Assembly (NCBI GenBank): GCA_964528025.1
Contig: CAZGOZ010000004.1
Span: forward strand, 1 to 45,089
Length of the DNA: 45,089 bases
Direction: 5' to 3'
Source of the DNA: an uncultured Planctomycetia bacterium
GTDB taxonomy: Bacteria; Omnitrophota; Gorgyraeia; Tantalellales; Tantalellaceae
The position numbers and the translations under genes are program-made. The notes under the pieces are model-generated. The model searched no databases. It was not told the DNA's origin and saw nothing but the letters and a program-made list of their open reading frames with translations. Below are positions 33,020 through 41,589 of the stretch, one piece after another. How positions within the stretch are numbered: position 1 is the first letter of the stretch; the number at the start of each line of letters is the position of its first letter.

Positions 33020-33964
33020 TCATCTAAGAGCCAGACCAATACCGACAACGAGTTGTAACGCTACTTCTTCTGCGGCTTCTTTAGAAATGCTCTCCGAGAT
33101 TTCTAATCCCGCCATCGGGTCCCATTTTTTTACCGTAACTCCCAGTTTTTCCCCAAGATAACTAATCATGCGTTCTCTATAAGCCACGCCTCCGGAACAA
33201 TAAATACCACTTATCCCCTTGTTATACCTGTTTTCAAAATAGCTCAGAGAAAGCTGCATCTCTCTTATCAGGTTAGAAATAACCGGAACGGAATCCTGGG
33301 CGATTCGTTCCTCATCCGTCGCGATATTCCTGCCCCCAAGCTGCACTTCTCTGGTAAAATAAGGTTGTTTTCCGATTGCAATAAGCATATCGGTTCGCGA
33401 GTGCCCGATATTAAGAAAGATGTTTCCTTCATCCTCCGGCAGGAGATTATTCTCCGTGAAGGCGTTAAACATGGCAAAGGGATCAATATCCACGACACCC
33501 ACCGCCATGTCCAATCCCTCAACTGTTTTCACTAAAGATCCAACGGCTTCCCGTTTGACAGCGGCCAGAAGCACTCTCATCTGACCGGTATCGGGCGCAT
33601 CCCCGAGAATAATAGAATCAAGGATAACATCACTCACATTAAATGGGATGTATTTTTCTGCTTCAAAGGACAAGGCGCCTTCAAGCTGCTCTTTGCTCAT
33701 TTTTGGAAGATTTATAAAACGAACTATCACTTCGGGGCCGGAAAGCGACAGGTTCACCATTTCCGGATGGAGATCAATCTCATCTAATGCCTCTCTGATT
33801 AATGAAGATCGATCGAAGGATTTCACGTCGACGGGAATCTGCTTGATATTATACGCGGCAAGCGTCTTCTTCCCGGACGTCTTATCAATGGCCACGACCT
33901 TTATCGCAAAACTGCCGATATCAAGCCCGACCGTTCTCTCTGTCCTACTGCCAAATTTTATCAT
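33020..33964 (-). CDS. pilM: PilM, actin-like ATPase of the T4P alignment complex
   Basis: GLDIGSFAIKVVAI...FLNIGHSRTDMLI...YCSGGVA. Confidence 0.82.
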   Translation of the reverse strand: MIKFGSRTERTVGLDIGSFAIKVVAIDKTSGKKTLAAYNIKQIPVDVKSFDRSSLIREALDEIDLHPEMVNLSLSGPEVIVRFINLPKMSKEQLEGALSFEAEKYIPFNVSDVILDSIILGDAPDTGQMRVLLAAVKREAVGSLVKTVEGLDMAVGVVDIDPFAMFNAFTENNLLPEDEGNIFLNIGHSRTDMLIAIGKQPYFTREVQLGGRNIATDEERIAQDSVPVISNLIREMQLSLSYFENRYNKGISGIYCSGGVAYRERMISYLGEKLGVTVKKWDPMAGLEISESISKEAAEEVALQLVVGIGLALR

Positions 33965-34024
33965 TATATGGCATGATCTCTTCGCATGTTATATATATAG
34001 AGGAATTAATATTATGTTACAGCA

Positions 34025-34053
34025 AGATTATCATACCAGAATATCATTGTCAA
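34025..34053 (-). promoter_or_regulatory. Weak candidate sigma70-type promoter for pilMNOP(Q)
   Basis: Minus strand reads TTGACA, a 17-nt spacer, then TAATCT. Confidence 0.3.
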
Positions 34054-34128
34054 GTAGGGGCAGGCCTTGTGCCTGCCCTACAACCATAATCATTAATTAT
34101 TTCGGGCACCCACAAGGGGTGCCCCTAC
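34054..34128. repeat. Two GC-rich hairpins (GTAGGGGC...GCCCCTAC family)
   Basis: gtaggggcaggc-cttgt-gcctgccctac and gggcaccc-acaa-ggggtgcccctac. Confidence 0.85.
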
Positions 34129-34184
34129 GATTTTTTAATTACGATACGGATTTCGTGCGGGGCATGTCCTGCGAAAACAAATAT

Positions 34185-34219
34185 AAAAAAAAGGCGGTTC
34201 GCATGAACCGCCTTTTTTT
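34185..34219 (-). terminator. Bidirectional rho-independent terminator downstream of the pilin gene
   Basis: An A-run, ggcggttc-gcat-gaaccgcc, then a T-run. It begins ~30 nt after the pilin stop at 34251. Confidence 0.8.
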
Positions 34220-34250
34220 GCTTTACATACATGTCAAAATGCCTACACGA

Positions 34251-34607
34251 TTATGCCTCTGCTGCAGGCGCGACCAGATAGTGAGTGGTCGGTGAATTCG
34301 GACATATCGGCACACCATCGGTGAGCGTATAGCTCGCCGTACCTGACGGACATAACGGCTCCCGCTTGATGTAATCAGGCGTCAAATTCGCTACCGTAGC
34401 AGTCACGCCGGGGTTATCCAGCGAATATAACACGATAGCACCTTCAACCTGCTTCATGTTCGCAATACAGGCATTTTTCTGAGCATTCTCGCGAGCTTTC
34501 ACGAAGTTCGGAATGGCTATAGCAGCCAATAGACCTATAATTGCAACAACTATCATGATCTCAACAAGAGTAAAGCCGCTCTTACCCATTAATTTACGCA
34601 TCTTCAT
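34251..34607 (-). CDS. Type IV pilin (GspG/ComGC-like short pilin, 118 aa), probable major pilin
   Basis: MKMRKLMGKSG/FTLVEIMIVVAIIGLLAAIAIPNF. AGGAGGGGG RBS before ATG 34607. Has its own candidate promoter and terminator. C-terminal Cys pair (CPSG...PICP). Confidence 0.85.
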   Translation of the reverse strand: MKMRKLMGKSGFTLVEIMIVVAIIGLLAAIAIPNFVKARENAQKNACIANMKQVEGAIVLYSLDNPGVTATVANLTPDYIKREPLCPSGTASYTLTDGVPICPNSPTTHYLVAPAAEA

Positions 34608-34663
34608 TTTTCTCACCCCCCTCCTTTTCTTAACCACAAGGTCCATCATAGACCTCTAACTAA

Positions 34664-34692
34664 AGTATACTCGCGCGTTTTTCGTAATGCAA
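34664..34692 (-). promoter_or_regulatory. Candidate sigma70-type promoter for the distal pilin gene
   Basis: Minus strand reads TTGCAT, a 17-nt spacer, then TATACT, ~55 nt upstream of ATG 34607. Confidence 0.5.
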
Positions 34693-34779
34693 ATTTACAC
34701 CAAACTTTTGTTTAACACCAGTGTTAATAAAACAAAAAGCTGATAACTGTTTTCTTTGTTCCGTTTTTCCTTCGGTTTT

Positions 34780-35121
34780 TTACGAAGAAGAAGTCGGTAA
34801 CTGATGCTCCTCAGGGTCGTTAGAACACACAGGATCGCCGTTTACAATCGTGTAACCGGCCGTCCCCATCGGACATCGGGGCTCTCTCATCAGATAGTCC
34901 GGTACAAGATCAGATACTGCAGCGGGTGTCGTATTAATTTCTAGCTCATACAACTCAAGGGCCGTTTCTAGCTTTCTCAGGTTTGCAATACAGCACTGTT
35001 TCTGGGCTTCTTCCCGGTTGCGAATAAAATTAGGAATAGCTATTGCTGCTAAAAGCCCCAGAATAAAAACCACTATCATAATCTCAACGATAGTGAACCC
35101 TTTATTTCGATTTTTTTTCAT
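34780..35121 (-). CDS. Type IV pilin paralog (113 aa)
   Basis: MKKNRNKG/FTIVEIMIVVFILGLLAAIAIPNF, with a C-terminal CPMG...PVCS pair. Confidence 0.85.
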   Translation of the reverse strand: MKKNRNKGFTIVEIMIVVFILGLLAAIAIPNFIRNREEAQKQCCIANLRKLETALELYELEINTTPAAVSDLVPDYLMREPRCPMGTAGYTIVNGDPVCSNDPEEHQLPTSSS

Positions 35122-35174
35122 TCCCTCTCTTTAGCTGCCTCTCTCCCCTACCGCAGTTTTTCATCAAAGTTCCC

Positions 35175-36395
35175 TTAAAAATCAATCAGTGTCGACATTT
35201 TGAATATCGGCAAGAACATACAAATCACTATGCCTCCTATCACTATACCGAGAAATGCGATAACAAGAGGCTCTATCATGCTGGTTAACCCGTCAACAGC
35301 AATATCAACCTGCTCATCATAAAAATCCGCGATCTTGGTCAGCATTGTCTCAAGTTCACCGCTTTTTTCACCTACGGCGACCATCCGTGTAACTATTGGC
35401 GGAAATATCCCGCTTTTTTCCATGGGCCGGTATATGCTTTCCCCTTCCCGGACGCTATCCGCCACGTTATTGATTGCTTGTTCAACAACCACGTTTCCGG
35501 ACGTTCTGGCTACAATCTCAAGCGCAGAAAGTATCGGTACGCCACTTTTTACAAGCGTGCTCAGGGTGCGGGTAAATTTACTTATCGCGACTTTCTTCAA
35601 TAAAACTCCGAAAACCGGCAGACGCAATTTTATTCCGTCAAGGAAAGTATGCCCCCGATCGGTGCCGAAATACCATTTTCCCGTGACCACCATAGCAGCA
35701 ATAAAAATAGTGACTAAAAGAAAGTATTTTCTCGAGAAATCACTCACATTTATGAGAAACTGCGTGGGCCCCGGCAATTCGGACCCAAACCCTGAAAACA
35801 TATCTTTAAAAACAGGAATTACTTTTACGACCATCACAATCGTAATTCCCATCGCCATCGCAGTCACGACAACAGGGTAAGTCATCGCGGACTTTATTTT
35901 TTTCTGCAGAGTATTCGTTTTCTCCATATAAACGGCCACTCTTTCAAGAACATCATCCAGCATACCGCTCGATTCTCCCGCTTTGACCATATTCACGAAA
36001 TAACCGGAAAAAACGGCAGTATATTTATCCATCGCTTCGGAAAGACTCGCACCGGTATTGACGGAATCGCGGATATCCCTCAGGATGAACTTAAACCCGG
36101 CGTTGTCTGTCTGCTCCGCCAGAGTATCAAGCGATTCAACGATCGTAATGCCTGCCGCCATCATAGTCGCCATCTGCCGACTAAATACGACAAGCTCGTC
36201 CATTTTTACTTTCGTCCGTTTTCGCGATCCAAATGCGGCTAATACTGAGCGTTTTTCCTTGGCCGCCTCAAGTTTGAGGACAACAAGTTCTTTTTCGCGC
36301 AAAACATTCAGCGCATTTTTCTTGTCAGCAGCTTCCACATCCCCTTTCAAGGTCTGCCCTGCCTTATTCTTCGCTAAATACACAAACTTAGCCAT
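35175..36395 (-). CDS. pilC: PilC / GspF-family platform protein
   Basis: 406 aa with two T2SSF repeats and three TM segments. Confidence 0.9.
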   Translation of the reverse strand: MAKFVYLAKNKAGQTLKGDVEAADKKNALNVLREKELVVLKLEAAKEKRSVLAAFGSRKRTKVKMDELVVFSRQMATMMAAGITIVESLDTLAEQTDNAGFKFILRDIRDSVNTGASLSEAMDKYTAVFSGYFVNMVKAGESSGMLDDVLERVAVYMEKTNTLQKKIKSAMTYPVVVTAMAMGITIVMVVKVIPVFKDMFSGFGSELPGPTQFLINVSDFSRKYFLLVTIFIAAMVVTGKWYFGTDRGHTFLDGIKLRLPVFGVLLKKVAISKFTRTLSTLVKSGVPILSALEIVARTSGNVVVEQAINNVADSVREGESIYRPMEKSGIFPPIVTRMVAVGEKSGELETMLTKIADFYDEQVDIAVDGLTSMIEPLVIAFLGIVIGGIVICMFLPIFKMSTLIDF

Positions 36396-36435
36396 TTGCC
36401 TTACTCCGTTCTGTGATCTTTAACCTTAAACAACT

Positions 36436-38139
36436 TTAAGTTGCCCTTAACACCTCTTCAAGCGTGGTCAATCCTTTGATGAATTTTACCATTGCGTTTT
36501 CCCTGAGCGTTCTTACACCCTTTTTCTTCAAATACGCCCTTATCTCTTCTTCCGATTTCTGTTGATTTATCATCTCCCGTATTTCCTCATCCACCAACAG
36601 AGTCTCCAGAGTTCCCATCCGTCCGAGATAACCGGTATCGTTGCATTTTTTGCACCCTTTGCCTTTATAAAACTCTGTAACATCGCTGGCTTCAGGATAT
36701 TCGTCCTTTATTTGTTTTATCAGCTCTTTCGGAATATCCGCTTCAACCTTGCAATGCGGACAGATTTTCCGAAGTAAACGTTGCGCGCACGCAAGGGTAA
36801 GACTTGAAGCAACAAGAAACGGCTCAACGCCCATATTTACCAGACGTGTGATTGCCCCGACGGAATCATTGGTATGAAGAGTGGTAAGAACCATCTGCCC
36901 CGTAAGTGAGGCCTTAATGGCGATATCAGCGGTTTCAAAATCCCGCACCTCCCCTACCATTATGATATCCGGACTTTGCCTCAACAAAGCCCTTAATCCA
37001 CTGGCAAAATCCAAACCTATTTCCGGACGAGCCGCAATCTGAGTTATGCCTGCCACCTGATACTCAACGGGGTCTTCAATCGTAAGTATGTTTCTCTCCG
37101 GCACGTTCATTTCGGTTAATATGGAATAAAGCGTAGTGGATTTCCCGCTGCCGGTCGGTCCCGTTACGAGGATTATTCCGTAGGGCCTTGAAAGAGCTTC
37201 CTTGAAATCGGCCATCGTTGCCGGAAGAAATCCGAGAGTAGACATCCCCACCGAAAGATTGCTCCTGTCAAGAGACCTCATGACAACCTTGTTGCCTGAA
37301 CAGATAGGCAAAACGGATACCCGGAAATCTATTTCTCTTCCATCAAACCGTATCCGGAATCTGCCGTCCTGCGGGGTTCTGGTTTCCGTGATATCCAGAT
37401 TAGACATTATCTTCAGCCGCGCCAGGATAGCATTCTGGTTTTTTTTTGGTAGATCAAAAACCTCGTGCAGACTTCCGTCCACGCGATATCTAATCCTCAG
37501 ACTCTTTTCCTGCGGTTCCACATGAATATCGCTTGCCCGTTTTTTTATGGCCTCGCTTATAATAAGATCCACCATCTTCACGATGGGTGCCGCTTTGCTC
37601 TCTCTGGCCATTTCCAAGAGATCAAGGCCTTCGGTCTTACTAAGAACCTCCATATCGGGATCCTCTTCTTCTCCGACTATGGAGGCAAGTTCCTCATCCC
37701 CTTCTTTGTAAAAAGATTTAAGCGCTTCTTCCAAACCGTTCCGGGAGGCCAGGACAAGTCTTGTTTCGCATCCCGTGACCATTTTAACATCGTCCAATGC
37801 CAGAATATCCGTCGGATCGGAAACGACAAGTGTCAGGTTCTTTCCCACTTTTGACAAAGGCACGATGGAATATCTCCGTATAAGCTTTTCCGGTACAAGC
37901 CGCATGATCCGGGAGTCCAGAGTAATCCTTGTTATGTCTATCGGGGGCAAACCCATCCCTGAGCTCAGCACTGCCAGCAGATCTCCTTCAGAAACCACAT
38001 TTTCTTCGGCAAGCGCGTCTATGATTTCTCTTCCTCTTTTTTTCTTACATTTATCCAAAACACTCTCCAGGCGTTTTTTGTCCACCTTTTCAATCTCCCG
38101 AAGAGCTTTCAGTATTTTTTCCTTAAAATCTTTTTCCAT
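36436..38139 (-). CDS. pilB: PilB/GspE-family assembly ATPase, paralog 1
   Basis: T2SSE_N-like N-terminus, GPTGSGKST, Asp/His boxes, and a tetracysteine (CPHC...CKKC). Confidence 0.9.
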   Translation of the reverse strand: MEKDFKEKILKALREIEKVDKKRLESVLDKCKKKRGREIIDALAEENVVSEGDLLAVLSSGMGLPPIDITRITLDSRIMRLVPEKLIRRYSIVPLSKVGKNLTLVVSDPTDILALDDVKMVTGCETRLVLASRNGLEEALKSFYKEGDEELASIVGEEEDPDMEVLSKTEGLDLLEMARESKAAPIVKMVDLIISEAIKKRASDIHVEPQEKSLRIRYRVDGSLHEVFDLPKKNQNAILARLKIMSNLDITETRTPQDGRFRIRFDGREIDFRVSVLPICSGNKVVMRSLDRSNLSVGMSTLGFLPATMADFKEALSRPYGIILVTGPTGSGKSTTLYSILTEMNVPERNILTIEDPVEYQVAGITQIAARPEIGLDFASGLRALLRQSPDIIMVGEVRDFETADIAIKASLTGQMVLTTLHTNDSVGAITRLVNMGVEPFLVASSLTLACAQRLLRKICPHCKVEADIPKELIKQIKDEYPEASDVTEFYKGKGCKKCNDTGYLGRMGTLETLLVDEEIREMINQQKSEEEIRAYLKKKGVRTLRENAMVKFIKGLTTLEEVLRAT

Positions 38140-38169
38140 TCTATCCTCACCGTGTCCGGGAATAGCCGG

Positions 38170-39891
38170 TCATATTTCTTTGTTTTCAACTGTCGCTCGC
38201 AGCACATCCTCAAGTGAAGCAACACCCGCTAGAACATTCTTTATCCCGTTCTCCCGCAAAGTGGTCATGCCCGCCCGTCTGGCCACCGTCTCAATCTCCG
38301 CGGCCTGCACCCTCTTAAATATGAGCTCCTTAATTTCGGGCGAAAGCTTCATGCATTCTAAGATGCCTATCCTCCCCAGATAACCGGAATACATGCATTT
38401 TTTGCATCCTGCGGAACGATAAATATGCGGAATATGACCTTTCTCATCGTAAAGCCGGTATTTATCCGCAACTGTTTTTGTCGGAGTGTATGCCTCGCGG
38501 CAGGATACGCATAGCCTTCTCAATAATCTCTGTGCAGCGATAAGTTCTACGGAAGCTGCCATAAGAAACGGCTCTGTTCCCATGTTTATCATCCTGATAA
38601 TCGCGCCGGCCGCGGTATTAGTGTGAAGTGTGCTCAAAACAAGGTGTCCTGTCAACGCGGACTTAATGGCAACATCCAGTGTCTCAAAATCCCTGATTTC
38701 TCCCACCATGATAATGTCAGGGTCTTGTCTTAAAATTGAACGAAGACATCCTGCAAACGTCAGCCCGATCTCCTCGTTTATCGCCACCTGATTGATTCCC
38801 TTGAGTTCATATTCCACGGGGTCCTCGACCGTCACGATGTTTTTTTCCGGGTCGTCTATGTGCTTCAGGACGGAATACAGGGTGGTGGTCTTACCACACC
38901 CCGTTGGTCCGCAGACCAGTATCATCCCGTGTGGCAGTTTGCTGACCTCCCGGAGTTTCTTTTTGTCGTCCTCATCAAAACCAAGACTATCAAGGTCTAT
39001 CATCGCCTGTCCTTTGTCAAGGACTCTCAGCGCCACTTTTTCACCCAGGCTCGAAGGGACGATGGACACCCTGAAATCCACTCTCCTGCCCTCCAGTTTT
39101 ATTCTGAACCGGCCGTCTTGAGGCAGACGTTTTTCGGCAATATCAAGGTTGGCCATTACCTTAATCCGGGATATCAGCGCCTGATGAAATTTGCCCGGCG
39201 GAGAATACCTTTCATGCAACATGCCGTCTATCCTGTATCTGACTCTGGAATTTTCCTCCATGGGCTCTATAAGAATATCGCTGGCACGCTCCTGCACGGC
39301 TTTTCTCACTATCATGTTCGTGAGCTTTACGACAGGGGCTTCTTCGGTTATCCGCAAAAGTTCAACCGAGGACATCTCTTCGCCTTCTCCCGTGACCATT
39401 TCCATCTGGGCATTTTCGATATCCTGCACGATCGTGCTAATCTCATCATCGGCGGATGCCTCATAATACTTGCTTATAGCTTTTTTCATGTCGGCCGCGC
39501 TGGCTATGACGGGACTGACACTCATATTATCCAGAACATTAAGATCATTAAGCGCAAATATGTTCAACGGATCGACCATGGCAACCGTAAGTTGCTGCTC
39601 TATTCTGGAAACCGCCAACATTTGATATGTAACCGCTATTTCCTTAGGAATAAGACCCAGCACGTCTTCGGCTATGTTAAAACGAGAAAGGTTGATTGGT
39701 GGGAACCCGAGAATCTCACTCATCGCTGTCAAGAGATTATCTTTGGAAATAACGTTCATTTTAACCAGAATATCGCTAAGACTGCCGCCTTTTTCAGCGC
39801 ATACTTTCCTGGCCTTCCTGAAATCATTTTCCGAAACAAGTTTCTCCTTGACCAACAGGTCACATAGCTTTTTTGTCAATGACAGCGCCAT
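38170..39891 (-). CDS. pilB: PilB/GspE-family assembly ATPase, paralog 2
   Basis: T2SSE_N-like N-terminus, GPTGCGKTT, and a tetracysteine (CVSC...CKKC). Confidence 0.9.
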   Translation of the reverse strand: MALSLTKKLCDLLVKEKLVSENDFRKARKVCAEKGGSLSDILVKMNVISKDNLLTAMSEILGFPPINLSRFNIAEDVLGLIPKEIAVTYQMLAVSRIEQQLTVAMVDPLNIFALNDLNVLDNMSVSPVIASAADMKKAISKYYEASADDEISTIVQDIENAQMEMVTGEGEEMSSVELLRITEEAPVVKLTNMIVRKAVQERASDILIEPMEENSRVRYRIDGMLHERYSPPGKFHQALISRIKVMANLDIAEKRLPQDGRFRIKLEGRRVDFRVSIVPSSLGEKVALRVLDKGQAMIDLDSLGFDEDDKKKLREVSKLPHGMILVCGPTGCGKTTTLYSVLKHIDDPEKNIVTVEDPVEYELKGINQVAINEEIGLTFAGCLRSILRQDPDIIMVGEIRDFETLDVAIKSALTGHLVLSTLHTNTAAGAIIRMINMGTEPFLMAASVELIAAQRLLRRLCVSCREAYTPTKTVADKYRLYDEKGHIPHIYRSAGCKKCMYSGYLGRIGILECMKLSPEIKELIFKRVQAAEIETVARRAGMTTLRENGIKNVLAGVASLEDVLRATVENKEI

Positions 39892-39905
39892 ATAATAATG
39901 TCCTG

Positions 39906-40373
39906 TTATTTGCCATTTTTTTCATAAAGTTTATCCAGGGCCTCGTGTATAGACGTGCCAGTGCTGATAAATACCTGAACCTTCTTCTTTACCATCATCG
40001 CTATATCTTCTATCGCCTTTTCATTCAAGGGATTTGACATCGCTACGGTCAGGATATTCCCGATAACCCCGAGAGAAACAACGCTGTACTGTCTGGCAAC
40101 ATTTTCCGGGATTATCGCCCCGTCTTCCTTTCTCAACTCGTAATTTTCCAGCGGAAGATACGGAAACCCACATTGGACAGTCAATGCCTGGACAATATCT
40201 TTTTCCTTTACATACCCGAGTTTAACCAGAATCTCGCCTAAAAGACCCCCTTCGCGTCTCTGAAAATCGAGGCCTCTCTGCAGCTGAATCTCGGAAATCA
40301 AATCGTTTTGAACGAGAATCTCTCCGAGTTTTTTTCCTATATGTTTTTTTGGTATCATTTTACTCTTTTGCAT
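39906..40373 (-). CDS. Stand-alone T2SSE_N / MshEN-type domain protein (155 aa), predicted c-di-GMP receptor
   Basis: KLGEILVQNDLISEIQLQRGLDFQ, RREGG, then LLGEILVKLGYVKEKDIVQALTVQ: two 24-residue motifs with a 5-residue spacer, followed by the GspE-N1-like fold (GFPYLPL...). No ATPase domain. Confidence 0.75.
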   Translation of the reverse strand: MQKSKMIPKKHIGKKLGEILVQNDLISEIQLQRGLDFQRREGGLLGEILVKLGYVKEKDIVQALTVQCGFPYLPLENYELRKEDGAIIPENVARQYSVVSLGVIGNILTVAMSNPLNEKAIEDIAMMVKKKVQVFISTGTSIHEALDKLYEKNGK

Positions 40374-40385
40374 TTAGGCGCAAAA

Positions 40386-41471
40386 TCAGGATTTACCTGC
40401 CGCGCCTTTGTCCTTAATTAACTTGACCAGCTCTTCAGGATCGGATGACCTGAGTAACGCATCGTCATAGGTTATCTTGCCGGCCGCGTAAAGCTCAAAC
40501 AGCGTATGGTTCATTGTTCTCATTCCAAATTTCTGAGACATTTGTAGGATTGAGTATACCTGGTGTTCCTTGGAATCCCTTATCATGCTCCTTACAGCAG
40601 GATTCGCTACGAGAATTTCGGAAGCTAATACTCTTCCCGGTTGCCCCTTACGCGGTATCAACTGCTGCGAAATAATACCAATCAGAACGAACGACAACTG
40701 CACCCTTACCTGTTTTTGCTGATGCGCCGGAAATATGTCCACTATCCGGTTTATCGTCTGTATGCTGTCTGACGTATGCAAAGTCCCCAGAACAAGATGC
40801 CCCGTATCAGCAATTATCATGGCCTGCTGGACGGTCTCAAGATCACGCAGTTCCCCGATGAGGATGACATCCGGATCCTGTCGTAACACATGTTTCAATG
40901 CATTTTCAAAAGAAAACGTATCCTCATGCAGCTGTCTCTGGTCAATAACGGCTTCTTTGTTTGCATGATCAAACTCTATGGGATCCTCAACTGTCACGAT
41001 ATGACATTTCCGGTTCGCGTTAATCTCATCCACCATCGCCGCAAGCGTCGTAGATTTTCCGCTTCCCGTCGCGCCGGTCACAAGAACCAGTCCCTTTTGG
41101 AACTTACAGAAACGTTTAATAACATCCTCGGGCAGACCGCATTCTTCTATGCTCATAATCCGAAGAGGTATCAGCCTTATTGCGCATCCAACATTATCTC
41201 TCTGTATAAAAACATTGGTCCGAAATCTTCCTATTCCTTTCATAAAAAAAGAGAAATCAAGTTCTTTCTCCTTTTCAAATTGTTCGATCTGCGCCGGATT
41301 CATGAGGTCGTAAATGATATTTTTCGCATCTTCATGTGACAGAACTTCTGTCCTCACATTCACGAGCTTTTCATCAATCCTGTAATGCATCGGAGCGTTT
41401 GCGCTGATATGCAAATCGGAAGCGCGTTTTTCAGGCATCGCTTCAAGAATTTTTTTTATATCATCCTTCAT
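40386..41471 (-). CDS. pilT: PilT twitching-motility retraction ATPase
   Basis: 361 aa with GATGSGKST, GELRD and AHLVLGTLHT-type motifs. No N-terminal T2SSE_N domain. Confidence 0.9.
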   Translation of the reverse strand: MKDDIKKILEAMPEKRASDLHISANAPMHYRIDEKLVNVRTEVLSHEDAKNIIYDLMNPAQIEQFEKEKELDFSFFMKGIGRFRTNVFIQRDNVGCAIRLIPLRIMSIEECGLPEDVIKRFCKFQKGLVLVTGATGSGKSTTLAAMVDEINANRKCHIVTVEDPIEFDHANKEAVIDQRQLHEDTFSFENALKHVLRQDPDVILIGELRDLETVQQAMIIADTGHLVLGTLHTSDSIQTINRIVDIFPAHQQKQVRVQLSFVLIGIISQQLIPRKGQPGRVLASEILVANPAVRSMIRDSKEHQVYSILQMSQKFGMRTMNHTLFELYAAGKITYDDALLRSSDPEELVKLIKDKGAAGKS

Positions 41472-41487
41472 GTTTCACCCTCTGTTC

Positions 41488-41567
41488 TTTGCCGTTGGCT
41501 GTTTGCCGTTGGCTGTTTGCCGTTGGCCGTTTGTCGCATGAGCCATGAGCCAACAGCCATGAGCCAA
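41488..41567. repeat. Heptad-phased tandem repeat block in the GGDEF-pilT intergenic region
   Basis: tttgccg ttggctg, three times (the third copy reads ttggccg), then tttgtcg, then catgagc catgagc caacagc catgagc. All are in one 7-nt register. The second half is partly complementary to the first. Confidence 0.85.
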
Positions 41568-41589
41568 TTCTGCTCTATGCACTATGCTG

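Noticed and set aside
34685-34705. Possible sigma54 promoter (tggtgtaaatttgca on the minus strand) upstream of the distal pilin, as is common for type IV pilin genes
   Set aside because: The GG-to-GC spacing is one nucleotide shorter than the strict TGGCAC-N5-TTGC geometry. There is no PilR-type activator gene in the window. The TTGCAT-17-TATACT sigma70-type candidate fits better.
38860-39867. Large plus-strand ORFs: 38860-39867, 4286-4975, 27971-28654, 21554-22222, 30188-30850 and 37775-38383
   Set aside because: Each lies antisense to a strongly supported minus-strand gene (pilB, gatA, rng, giant pseudopilin, pilQ). Their composition is biased and low-complexity (S/F/R/L/I-rich), with no motifs. 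They are shadow ORFs.
41488-41567. CRISPR-like array, considered for the heptad repeats and also for the AT-rich palindromes
   Set aside because: The heptad and 14-bp units are contiguous with no spacers. The AT-rich palindromes are kilobases apart, each forming a single long hairpin. No cas genes are present.
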